Shown piece after piece: positions 27,020 to 34,792 of a DNA stretch of 64,000 bases. Source of the stretch: an uncultured Candidatus Actinomarina sp. (GTDB taxonomy: Bacteria > Actinomycetota > Acidimicrobiia > Actinomarinales > Actinomarinaceae); contig CACASI010000003.1 of the NCBI GenBank assembly GCA_902535055.1, positions 65,336 to 129,335 of the forward strand. The letters run 5' to 3'. Each line of letters starts with the position of its first letter. Position 1 is the stretch's first letter. Under the pieces are notes generated by a model. The model ran no database searches. It had not been told where the DNA came from and saw nothing but the letters and a program-made list of their open reading frames with translations. The translations under genes were made by a program, and so were the position numbers.

Positions 27020-28129
27020 TTAGATAAATTTTCCTAATTCTTTTTCAAACAGATCAGGCTCTAAAAGAAAACAATCATGACCTTTTGTTGAACTGATTGT
27101 TTTATGAGTTACATTGATTTGATTTGCTTCCAAAAGCTTAATAAATTCTAATTGTTCTTCTGGATAAAAACATACATCTGAATCAACAGAAACTACTAAA
27201 ACTTTAATATCTTTAAGTCTTTCAATTTTCTCTACATCTATAGAAAAGTTTTGCCAACCTTTAATTATTGAATTGTAAGATTCATGAGTGAATCTCTCAA
27301 TGAACTTTTCTCCTTGATGCATCATATAAGACTCTTGTGATGTTGATAAGAAACCATTAATTATGTCTTCACCATACTTACTTTCACCTTTAGCCCTTGA
27401 TGCAAGAAGCTCCAAAGAGATGTAAGTTTTATGTGCAATCATTCTTGCTAGAGACAAATACTCGTCTCTTCTGTCAGGTGAACCTTTTGCCAGATTCAAC
27501 ACGTAAGCTTGTTCAAGGTTGTGAAGTAACTGAATTGTGGACAATTTATATCCACTTGAAATTGAGATAAGATTTTCTACAAAATCTGGATATAAAAGAG
27601 AAAACTCTAATGCCATTAAGCCTCCAATAGAGGGACCAATCACGGCCTTTAAGGATTTAACTCCTAGGTTATCTAATAATTGTTTTTGTGAAGTTTCTAT
27701 ATCCTTGAAAGAAATATTTGGAAAATTCTCGCCATATTCTAATCCAGTTTTATTATCAATAGAATTTGGACCTGTGGTCCCGTAACATCCACCAAGATAG
27801 TTTGCACAAACTACAAAATATTTTTCGGTATCAATAAGTTTATCTACACCAACAAATTCATCCCACCAGCCAATTTCTAATTCATCATTCCAGGGAATTT
27901 CTGAGTTTTCTTCTTGAGAATAACTTCCTGCCAACATATGACTTCCGGTTAGAGCGTGAAATATTAATACAGCATTGTCGCCTTTTTCTGACAAAGTTCC
28001 GTAAGTAGTGTAAGCAATCTCTACATTCTCTAGCAGTTCACCCGAATCAAGTTTAAATTGTGGAATGTAAAACTTGCTTGTTTTATTTTGTACTTTCAAG
28101 AGCCTGAGATAGATCTTCAATGATATCAT
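27020..28129 (-). CDS. metX: Homoserine O-acetyltransferase
   Basis: It has HALTGSH, the GPSIGG nucleophile elbow and a C-terminal ..GHDCFL. The start is uncertain: ATG 28129 overlaps metY by 47 nt, and internal TTG codons exist. Confidence 0.85.
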   Translation of the reverse strand: MISLKIYLRLLKVQNKTSKFYIPQFKLDSGELLENVEIAYTTYGTLSEKGDNAVLIFHALTGSHMLAGSYSQEENSEIPWNDELEIGWWDEFVGVDKLIDTEKYFVVCANYLGGCYGTTGPNSIDNKTGLEYGENFPNISFKDIETSQKQLLDNLGVKSLKAVIGPSIGGLMALEFSLLYPDFVENLISISSGYKLSTIQLLHNLEQAYVLNLAKGSPDRRDEYLSLARMIAHKTYISLELLASRAKGESKYGEDIINGFLSTSQESYMMHQGEKFIERFTHESYNSIIKGWQNFSIDVEKIERLKDIKVLVVSVDSDVCFYPEEQLEFIKLLEANQINVTHKTISSTKGHDCFLLEPDLFEKELGKFI

Positions 28130-29363
28130 CTATGTCTTCAATACCAATTGAAAGCCTTACTAACTCTGCAGGAGAACCTGCAGCTATTAACTGCTCGTCA
28201 TCTAATTGTGAATGTGTTGTGGATGCAGGGTGAATTGCTAAAGATCTAGTATCTCCAACATTCGCAACATGTCTAAACATCTTTAAATTATCAATAAATT
28301 TTTGTCCAGAATCTTTTCCACCTTTTATACCAAAAACAACCATTGTTCCGCCAGTACCTTTCAAGTACTTTTCTGATAGGTCATATGCAGGATCATCTTT
28401 GAGTCCTGGAAACCTTACCCATTCAACAAGTTCATGGTTTGATAGATATTCAGCTGCTTTTATAGCATTTTCACAATGCCTGTCCATTCTCAGACTTAAA
28501 GTCTCAAGACCACTCATAACTTCAAATGCTGTCTCTGGAGACATACTTGCACCAAGATTTCTTAGCGGCACTGTTCTTAGCCTTAATGAGTAAGCTACAT
28601 TACTTAAATCACCTAAATCATGTCCCCATCTCATTCCTCCATAACTGGTATCAGGCTTGTCATATAATGGGAAATTTCCATTACCCCAGTCAAAACCACC
28701 TTTTTCAATAACTGCTCCGGCAATTACTCTTCCATGTCCAGACATCCATTTTGTAAGAGAATAAACTACAATATCTGCTCCAAAATCAAAAGGTTTACAA
28801 ATTGCTGATGTAGTAAAAGTAGCATCAACTATTAAAGGGATACCTTTAGATTTAGCAATTTCTCCTAATCCAGAGATATCAGCGACAACTAATCCTGGAT
28901 TAGTTATTGTCTCACAATATATTGCTCGAGTTTTCTCATCAATTGCATTTTCAACAGCAGTTAGATCTGTAATATCAACTTTTTTAGAGTCGATACCGTA
29001 TTCAGGCAATATATTATCGAACATTGTATAAGTACCGCCATAAAGTTGGTTTGCTGTAACAAAATTATCTCCTTGACTCATAATATTTATAAGAGAGTAC
29101 ATAACTGCAGATGTTCCCGACGATAGAGCAACAGACATAGCGCCATCTTCTAGAGCCGTAAGCCTTGCTTCTAAGGCACCAACAGTTGGATTGCCGAGTC
29201 GAGAGTAAATGTTTCCAAACTCTTTTAAGGCAAACAAGCTAGCTGCATGTTCAGTGTCATTAAATTGATATGCAGTTGTTTTATAAATGGGAACAGTTAT
29301 TGACCCCTCAGAGTCAGCATCTGAATCCCAACCTGCATGTATAAGTTTTGAATCAAACTTCAT
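28083..29363 (-). CDS. metY: O-acetylhomoserine sulfhydrylase (PLP-dependent)
   Basis: It belongs to the Cys/Met-metabolism PLP family, with ..YSLTKWMSGHG.. as the PLP-Lys motif. It is preceded by a SAM riboswitch. Confidence 0.9.
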   Translation of the reverse strand: MKFDSKLIHAGWDSDADSEGSITVPIYKTTAYQFNDTEHAASLFALKEFGNIYSRLGNPTVGALEARLTALEDGAMSVALSSGTSAVMYSLINIMSQGDNFVTANQLYGGTYTMFDNILPEYGIDSKKVDITDLTAVENAIDEKTRAIYCETITNPGLVVADISGLGEIAKSKGIPLIVDATFTTSAICKPFDFGADIVVYSLTKWMSGHGRVIAGAVIEKGGFDWGNGNFPLYDKPDTSYGGMRWGHDLGDLSNVAYSLRLRTVPLRNLGASMSPETAFEVMSGLETLSLRMDRHCENAIKAAEYLSNHELVEWVRFPGLKDDPAYDLSEKYLKGTGGTMVVFGIKGGKDSGQKFIDNLKMFRHVANVGDTRSLAIHPASTTHSQLDDEQLIAAGSPAELVRLSIGIEDIDDIIEDLSQALESTK

Positions 29364-29480
29364 AATATTCTCCTTTGTTTGGAGAAGGGCTTTGACTAAT
29401 TAGTTGCATTTCTGCCACATCTTCAGGCACCTTGGATAGTCTTCCAGGTTGCCGAGGTCTTAACCTTCTCTTTATGCTTA
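29364..29480 (-). promoter_or_regulatory. SAM riboswitch (SAM-I clan, compact) with SD-sequestering expression platform
   Basis: The minus strand reads GCAUAAAGAGAAGGUUAAGACCUCGGCAACCUGGAAGACUAUCCAAGGUGCCUGAAGAUGUGGCAGAAAUGC. It contains AGAG, GGCAACC and GGUGCC with a GCAU/AUGC closing helix. It is followed by CCCUUCUCC-aaacaaa-GGAGAAuauuAUG. Confidence 0.65.
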
Positions 29481-29583
29481 AATAATTATATCAAATTTTA
29501 TAAAATGAACTAAAACTTTTTATTTATTTCTTTGTTTTTTACAATTATTACTTAATTTTTATTTAATAGAATAATAATTGAAG

Positions 29584-30408
29584 ATGATTGACGATATAAA
29601 TTTTACAAAATATTCAAAAAATAAAATTTTTAAAAATCTGTATAAAAGCAACGAAATTTTTGATGAAGAAATTGAAGATACTAATCAAATTATTTTTAGA
29701 GTACCAAAAGATCTTACCAAAATAGATAATATGATCCTTTGTTACGATGGACAGAATCTTTTCGATTCTTCAACCAGTCACTATGGAACAATTTTCAATT
29801 TAGAAAGTTTAATTAATAACTTTGAAGACCAGTTTAAAAAAAATTTTTTGATAATCAGTGTTACGTCAAACTCTAAAAGACAATTTCAATATAATCCATA
29901 TCCCATTAAGAAAGAAAAGAATTTTGCTAAGGAGCATATTAAAAACATTGTCCTGAGCTTTATTCCATCAGTAAAAAATTTCTTAGGCATAAATTTTGAT
30001 CAGACTAAATTTACTGTTGCAGGAGCTTCAATGGGTGGTTTAATGTCAATCAAGACCTCAATAATTTATCCTGAGTTTGAAAACATAATATCCTTATCTC
30101 CTGCATTTTGGTTTGGATACCCTGGGATATTAAATGATATTAAAAATCTTGGAAACAACTCGACAACTTACCTTTATACCGGTAAAAAAGAAGGACATAT
30201 TTTTGGGGATCATGTTAAAAATATATTTCCAAAAAATCGAGATTTGGATTTTTCAAATAATGATAATTATTATTTTTCAGGAGTTAAGAATATAAATGAT
30301 TCTCTTGAACTAAATAAAAAAAACGTAAAATTTTTTATAGATGAAAATGGACTTCACAATGAGACATCTTGGGCTTCTGCAATGCCAGAAATTTTTTTAA
30401 ATTTGTAG
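29584..30408 (+). CDS. Putative esterase (esterase D/enterochelin-esterase-like alpha/beta hydrolase)
   Basis: It has the GASMGG nucleophile elbow and a late ..GLHNE.. His. The start could be ATG 29584 or TTG 29578. Confidence 0.55.
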   Translation: MIDDINFTKYSKNKIFKNLYKSNEIFDEEIEDTNQIIFRVPKDLTKIDNMILCYDGQNLFDSSTSHYGTIFNLESLINNFEDQFKKNFLIISVTSNSKRQFQYNPYPIKKEKNFAKEHIKNIVLSFIPSVKNFLGINFDQTKFTVAGASMGGLMSIKTSIIYPEFENIISLSPAFWFGYPGILNDIKNLGNNSTTYLYTGKKEGHIFGDHVKNIFPKNRDLDFSNNDNYYFSGVKNINDSLELNKKNVKFFIDENGLHNETSWASAMPEIFLNL

Positions 30409-30449
30409 ATGTTTTTTGAGATTTAAACTTGAGTCATATAACAAAACTA

Positions 30450-32198
30450 CTATTCAAGAAGCATTCCATCAAAGTTATCAATTTCTACAGTCTTATTGAT
30501 TAAATTTTTAAGTTTTTTCTCTAGTTGGGGGATTTCTTTTTTCGATAGTTTTATTTCCTTGTTGTCATCAAGTTCGACTCTAATATTTACATTTCCATTT
30601 TCACTCAAATTTTTAAAATCATCACGTTGATGAGCGCCTCTACTCTCTTCTCTATTTAGCGCACTTTTTAGAGTTGCTTCTGACGAAGCGATCGATGCCT
30701 CAAGATCGAATGCAAGCATTAAGTCTTGATATCCTTCAGAATCTGGCCTCACATCAAGATTTTTTGAAGATTCTTTTAGTCCCTCAATTTCTGATAAACC
30801 CTTTTCTAATTTCCCTTTATTTTTAACAACTCCTCCATACTCCCACATTATGTTTCTTAAAGATCGTTGAAGGGGTCTTGCTACCTCTGAACCATTTTTG
30901 ATCGATGAATTAAGGTTTTCATGTGCTTCATTGATAACTTTTTTTGATCGTATATGAACGTCTATTTCTTTTGATCTTTGAGATGCTGCAGCACCAGCTC
31001 TCTTTCCAAAAATAAGGATTTCTGCAAGTGAATTTCCACCAAGTCTATTTGCTCCATGAAGTCCCGAAGTTACCTCCCCAGCAGCATATAGACCTTCAAC
31101 GCCCGTCCAATGATCTTTAGGAGTCACAACTATACCTCCCATTGAATAATGTGCAGTTGGCGAAACTTCCATCGGGCTTTTTGAAATATCAATCATTAAA
31201 GTATCTAAAAATTGCCTATACATTCTTGGAAGCTTTTCAATTATAAAATCTTTATCTTTGTGACTTATGTCAAGATAAACTCCACCATTAGGAGACCCTC
31301 TTCCCTCCACAATTTCTGTATAATTTGCCATGGCAACACGATCTCTTGTTGATAACTCCATTCTTTCGCTATCATAGTTTTTCATAAACCTTTCACCATC
31401 ACTGTTAACAAGCTTTCCACCTTCACCACGTACAGCTTCAGTGACTAATGTTCCTGCCATTTCCTCCGGTATAACCATTCCAGTTGGGTGAAATTGAACC
31501 ATTTCCATATCACTTAATTTACAACCAGCTTTAAGACCAAGAAAAAATCCATCACCAGTATTTTCATTTCTTCTAGAAGAGCTTTTTCTCCACAATCTTG
31601 TATGTCCACCAGCGGCAACAATAATTGAATCTGCCAAGTAAACTGTTCTTTCTCCACTCTGAATGTCAAATGCCATAGCTCCGAAACAAACATTATCATC
31701 TACTAATAAATCAGATACATATTGTGAATCTAAAATTGGTATATCTAGTGATTTTGCTTTATTAATCAAAGCAAAAAGTATTGATCTTCCTGTGTAATCA
31801 CCTGAGTAACAGGTTCTTCTATATGTATGAGCACCAAAAAATCTTTGATCAATCTTGCCATTTTCTAGCTTCGCAAAGTTAGCGCCCCAACTATCAATTT
31901 CTTCTACTATAGCGGGAGACTCTTTTGCCATTATTTCCACTACTTCTGGTTCGGATAATCCATAACCTTCGATATAAGTATCAGCAAAATGTTGCTCCCA
32001 TGAATCATCGGTATCAACATTTCCAAAAGCTGCATTAATCCCTCCAGCAGCAAGGACAGTGTGAACATCTGTTCTTTGTCTCTTACCAAGTACAACAACA
32101 TCCATTCCTTGTTGCTTTGCTTCTATTGCAGCTCTCAGTCCCGCACCTCCACTACCGATAATGAGGACATTTGAAATTTGTGTTGAGTGTGTATTCAT
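30450..32198 (-). CDS. SdhA/FrdA-family FAD flavoprotein (stand-alone)
   Basis: It has IIGSGGAGLRAA, DVHTVLAAGGI (His at the covalent-FAD position), FHPTG, RGEGG, HYSMGG and ESRGAHQR. Confidence 0.8.
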   Translation of the reverse strand: MNTHSTQISNVLIIGSGGAGLRAAIEAKQQGMDVVVLGKRQRTDVHTVLAAGGINAAFGNVDTDDSWEQHFADTYIEGYGLSEPEVVEIMAKESPAIVEEIDSWGANFAKLENGKIDQRFFGAHTYRRTCYSGDYTGRSILFALINKAKSLDIPILDSQYVSDLLVDDNVCFGAMAFDIQSGERTVYLADSIIVAAGGHTRLWRKSSSRRNENTGDGFFLGLKAGCKLSDMEMVQFHPTGMVIPEEMAGTLVTEAVRGEGGKLVNSDGERFMKNYDSERMELSTRDRVAMANYTEIVEGRGSPNGGVYLDISHKDKDFIIEKLPRMYRQFLDTLMIDISKSPMEVSPTAHYSMGGIVVTPKDHWTGVEGLYAAGEVTSGLHGANRLGGNSLAEILIFGKRAGAAASQRSKEIDVHIRSKKVINEAHENLNSSIKNGSEVARPLQRSLRNIMWEYGGVVKNKGKLEKGLSEIEGLKESSKNLDVRPDSEGYQDLMLAFDLEASIASSEATLKSALNREESRGAHQRDDFKNLSENGNVNIRVELDDNKEIKLSKKEIPQLEKKLKNLINKTVEIDNFDGMLLE

Positions 32199-32257
32199 AA
32201 TACAAATTTTATATTTAACTGGTAAATATCAATAATTGAGGTTGTTAAAGTAATTTT

Positions 32258-32539
32258 ATGAAATTAAATGGCACTGAATTTCAAAATTTAGTTTGGAAAG
32301 AAATCTCTAGAATTCCTTATGGTCAAACTGTGTCTTATAAAGAGATTGCAGCAAGAATTGGTCATCCTAATTCATCAAGAGCAGTTGCAAATGCTTGTGG
32401 AAAAAATCCTTACCCAATAATAATTCCTTGTCATAGAGTCATTTGCTCAAATGGTAAATTAGGGGGTTACAGTGGTCCCGGTGGGATATCTGAAAAAAGA
32501 AGACTCCTTAAAAATGAAAACAACGAAACAAAGTTTTAA
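32258..32539 (+). CDS. ogt: Methylated-DNA-protein-cysteine methyltransferase, C-terminal domain only
   Basis: It has the PCHRV active site and the YGQTVSYKEIA helix-turn-helix region. At only 93 aa, it lacks the N-terminal domain. Confidence 0.85.
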   Translation: MKLNGTEFQNLVWKEISRIPYGQTVSYKEIAARIGHPNSSRAVANACGKNPYPIIIPCHRVICSNGKLGGYSGPGGISEKRRLLKNENNETKF

Positions 32540-32652
32540 CATCATTTACTTTTCTAAACTGCGTATAAGTTAAAATTAAATTTATGAATTTTATAAACAG
32601 ACATCATAAAGGATGGTCAGCTATTTAGCCGGGTCTTTTTTGTATTGTTTAG

Positions 32653-32678
32653 ATCCGGGTTTATCCCGGATTTTTTTA
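32653..32678 (+). terminator. Rho-independent terminator
   Basis: ATCCGGG-tttat-CCCGGAT is followed by TTTTTTT. Confidence 0.7.
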
Positions 32679-32726
32679 TAACTTAAAGTTATCCCCTTGA
32701 CTTTAAATTATGAAAACTTAGATAAT

Positions 32727-32815
32727 TGGTCTCCCTTTTATCTGAGTACGTACTGGAATTAAGGGCTTGTGGTAGTGGATATACCAGGCTCTTAATTTCA
32801 GGTTAATTTAAAAGT
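32727..32815 (+). ncRNA. Candidate small structured RNA (unknown family)
   Basis: A promoter-like TTGACT-N18-GATAAT lies at 32697-32726. Downstream is a ~49-nt near-continuous hairpin, CUGGAAUUAAGGGC-uug-UGGUA-guggaua-UACCA-g-GCUCUUAAUUUCAG (32753-32801). No ORF is present. Confidence 0.3.
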
Positions 32816-32823
32816 ATTCGTTT

Positions 32824-33006
32824 CTAATTAAATAAAATTGCAAAAAAGAAAACAAATATATAGATAAAAACACTTATTAATCCTCCAAGTTTTAATAAAT
32901 TATTAAGTGGGATGCCAACTTCATTACAGTCTTTACATTTACTTAAAAGATTAGGCGGGAAAGCCTTGTCCCAGATTTCATTTTTGATGCATTGCTTGCA
33001 ATTCAC
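32824..33006 (-). CDS. Small zinc-ribbon-like, tail-anchored membrane protein
   Basis: The 60-aa product has CKQC..x18..CKDC followed by a C-terminal hydrophobic helix. The start codon directly abuts the 3' CCA of tRNA-Ile. Confidence 0.4.
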   Translation of the reverse strand: MNCKQCIKNEIWDKAFPPNLLSKCKDCNEVGIPLNNLLKLGGLISVFIYIFVFFFAILFN

Positions 33007-33084
33007 TGGTGGGCCTAGTTAGATTTGAACTAACGACCTCATCCTTATCAGGGATGCGCTCTAACCAGGCTGAGCTATAGGCCC
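33007..33084 (-). tRNA. tRNA-Ile (GAU)
   Basis: A cloverleaf can be read on the minus strand: GGGCCUA..anticodon loop CU-GAU-AA..UUCAAAU..UAGGCCC-A-CCA. The CCA is encoded. Confidence 0.9.
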
Positions 33085-33173
33085 TTTCGCTCTATCTACA
33101 ATAGTAATGAATACAAAATATTTCTAAAATTTTTTCATTTACGAGTCAATACAAGGCATAATAAATGATGCGA

Positions 33174-33246
33174 GGGGATGTAGCTCAGTTGGAAGAGCAC
33201 CTGCTTTGCAAGCAGGGGGTCGTGGGTTCAAGTCCCATCATCTCCA
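33174..33246 (+). tRNA. tRNA-Ala (UGC)
   Basis: It reads GGGGAUG..anticodon loop UU-UGC-AA..GGUUCAAGUCC..CAUCUCC-A. The G3:U70 identity pair is present. The CCA is not encoded. Confidence 0.9.
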
Positions 33247-33267
33247 CAAAAAGCTATTCTTATTTAT

Positions 33268-33453
33268 ATGGATAAAAAAGATTTTCAGGATTTATCTGAA
33301 AGAGAATTAAGGGAACTTAAAGAGTCTATTGAAGATTTACTCGAAGAAAAAAAATTTAAAGGTCGTTATCTTAAAACAAATCAAAGAGCTATTGGAATAG
33401 CGTGGTTTATTATTGCAATCATTATTTCTGCTTTTAGGTATTTCACACTGTAA
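33268..33453 (+). CDS. Small membrane protein (charged N-terminal helix plus one TM)
   Basis: It is a 61-aa ORF whose stop overlaps the next start (TAATG). Confidence 0.45.
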   Translation: MDKKDFQDLSERELRELKESIEDLLEEKKFKGRYLKTNQRAIGIAWFIIAIIISAFRYFTL

Positions 33454-33686
33454 TGGAATACTTAATAGCATTACTAATTGGAGTTGTAATTTTTAGATTT
33501 TTAAAAAATTCGATTGGTTCACTAGCAAGCGTACCTCCAGAGATTGATCCGAGTGATGTATTAGAGACGGCACAATCATTTTTATGTAAAGCTTGTGGAA
33601 CAGAACTAACAGTAAAATTACAATCTGTGGTAGCTAATGAACCCCCTAAGCACTGTAAAGAAGAAATGACACCTTTAGAATATTAA
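33453..33686 (+). CDS. Small membrane-anchored Cys-containing protein
   Basis: The 77-aa product has an N-terminal TM helix, then CKACGTE..x20..HCKEE. Confidence 0.45.
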   Translation: MEYLIALLIGVVIFRFLKNSIGSLASVPPEIDPSDVLETAQSFLCKACGTELTVKLQSVVANEPPKHCKEEMTPLEY

Positions 33687-33943
33687 TTATATTTTGTAGT
33701 CATTAGAAAGCCTATACCGATGCAGCCTAAGCCACTCCATAAATACCATCTTGAGACTGACCCGGGAAGTAATGTCAAATAATTTAATACTATTAGCAAA
33801 ACACCGATAACCATAAGTGCAGACATTGTGAGAACAAACCACCTAGGTGAAGGGCCACTAACATCAGACATTTGAGAAGATATTTTCTTAGACTTAGTAG
33901 GTCCAAGGTTTTTTGCTTTATTTCTTTTTTTAGAGACAGGCAT
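33683..33943 (-). CDS. crgA: Cell division protein CrgA
   Basis: It has a basic N-terminus (MPVSKKRNKAKN), SPRWFV and two TM helices (..LNYLTLLPG..WYLWSGLG..), the characteristic actinobacterial CrgA layout. Confidence 0.85.
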   Translation of the reverse strand: MPVSKKRNKAKNLGPTKSKKISSQMSDVSGPSPRWFVLTMSALMVIGVLLIVLNYLTLLPGSVSRWYLWSGLGCIGIGFLMTTKYN

Positions 33944-33961
33944 AATTAAAAAATAGTGTTT

Positions 33962-34792
33962 TTAAGAACTAATTTCAATTAATTTCTTATTCTTTATTGT
34001 GATCATTCCTTCACTTTCAAGTTTTTTTAAAATATGTTTAAGTCTATTCTCCTCTGTTTTAATTGTGATATTCAAGGAAGATATATCAACATTGTTGTTC
34101 ACTACAAGGTGTTTAATAATTTTTCCTCTAATTTCTCGATCTGAACCCTTAAATGTTTGTTTAGGACTTTGTTTAAATTGTATGAACTTTTTACATTCAT
34201 TATCAAATATACATATACTGCACGAAGGATTTTTGGATGTACAAATTTCTGAACCAAAGTCCATTAACACTTGATTAAATTTTCTTGACTTTATGTTTTT
34301 TAATATATTTTTTTGATTTTCAAGTATAAATTTTTGTGGGTATTTAGTTCCAAAAAATCTGCTAAATATCCTCAAAACATTTGTGTCTTGAGTTATCACC
34401 TTATCGTTGTAAGCAAATGATAAAATAGCATTTTTAGTATATTCTCCAACACCAGGAAGAATGTCGAAATCAGGATAAATTGAATCAAAGGATTTCTTCG
34501 ATAAGATTTTTGATGCTTCATGCAACCTAAAAGCTCTGCTGTTGTAACCCAACCCAGACCACATTCCAAGGATTTCTTTTTTAGTAGCTTTAGACATTTC
34601 ATTCGGATTTGGAAACTTTTTTATAAATTTTTGATAATACTTATTTGCTCTATTTAATTGTGTTTGTTGAGCAATCACTTCTATGAGAAGAATTTTCCAG
34701 GGATCTTGAGTGTTTCTCCATGAGTATTCTCTTGTATTTTTTATTGACCAATTTAATAATTTTTTTTTGAATATTTCTTGTTTACTCATCAA
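33962..34792 (-). CDS. HhH-GPD adenine glycosylase (MutY-like, short form)
   Basis: It has EVIAQQTQ, the HhH-GPD motif PGVGEYT..QDTNV, and the Fe-S loop C-x6-C-x2-C-x5-C (CTSKNPSCSICIFDNEC). At 276 aa, there is no obvious NUDIX-like C-terminal domain. Confidence 0.7.
   Translation of the reverse strand: MMSKQEIFKKKLLNWSIKNTREYSWRNTQDPWKILLIEVIAQQTQLNRANKYYQKFIKKFPNPNEMSKATKKEILGMWSGLGYNSRAFRLHEASKILSKKSFDSIYPDFDILPGVGEYTKNAILSFAYNDKVITQDTNVLRIFSRFFGTKYPQKFILENQKNILKNIKSRKFNQVLMDFGSEICTSKNPSCSICIFDNECKKFIQFKQSPKQTFKGSDREIRGKIIKHLVVNNNVDISSLNITIKTEENRLKHILKKLESEGMITIKNKKLIEISS

Noticed and set aside
32727-32815. The hairpin region considered as SRP (4.5S) RNA or 6S RNA. I also looked upstream of dnaX (44132-44190) for ffs.
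   Set aside because: The hairpin has no GNRA tetraloop or AGCA-type helix-8 motif and no extended rod with a central bubble. The dnaX upstream gap is only about 60 nt.
32540-33006. A possible genomic-island or integration remnant downstream of the 3' end of tRNA-Ile.
   Set aside because: I saw no integrase or recombinase, and no direct repeat of the tRNA 3' end that I could spot by eye. The region is only about 470 nt. A repeat search would still be needed to exclude it.
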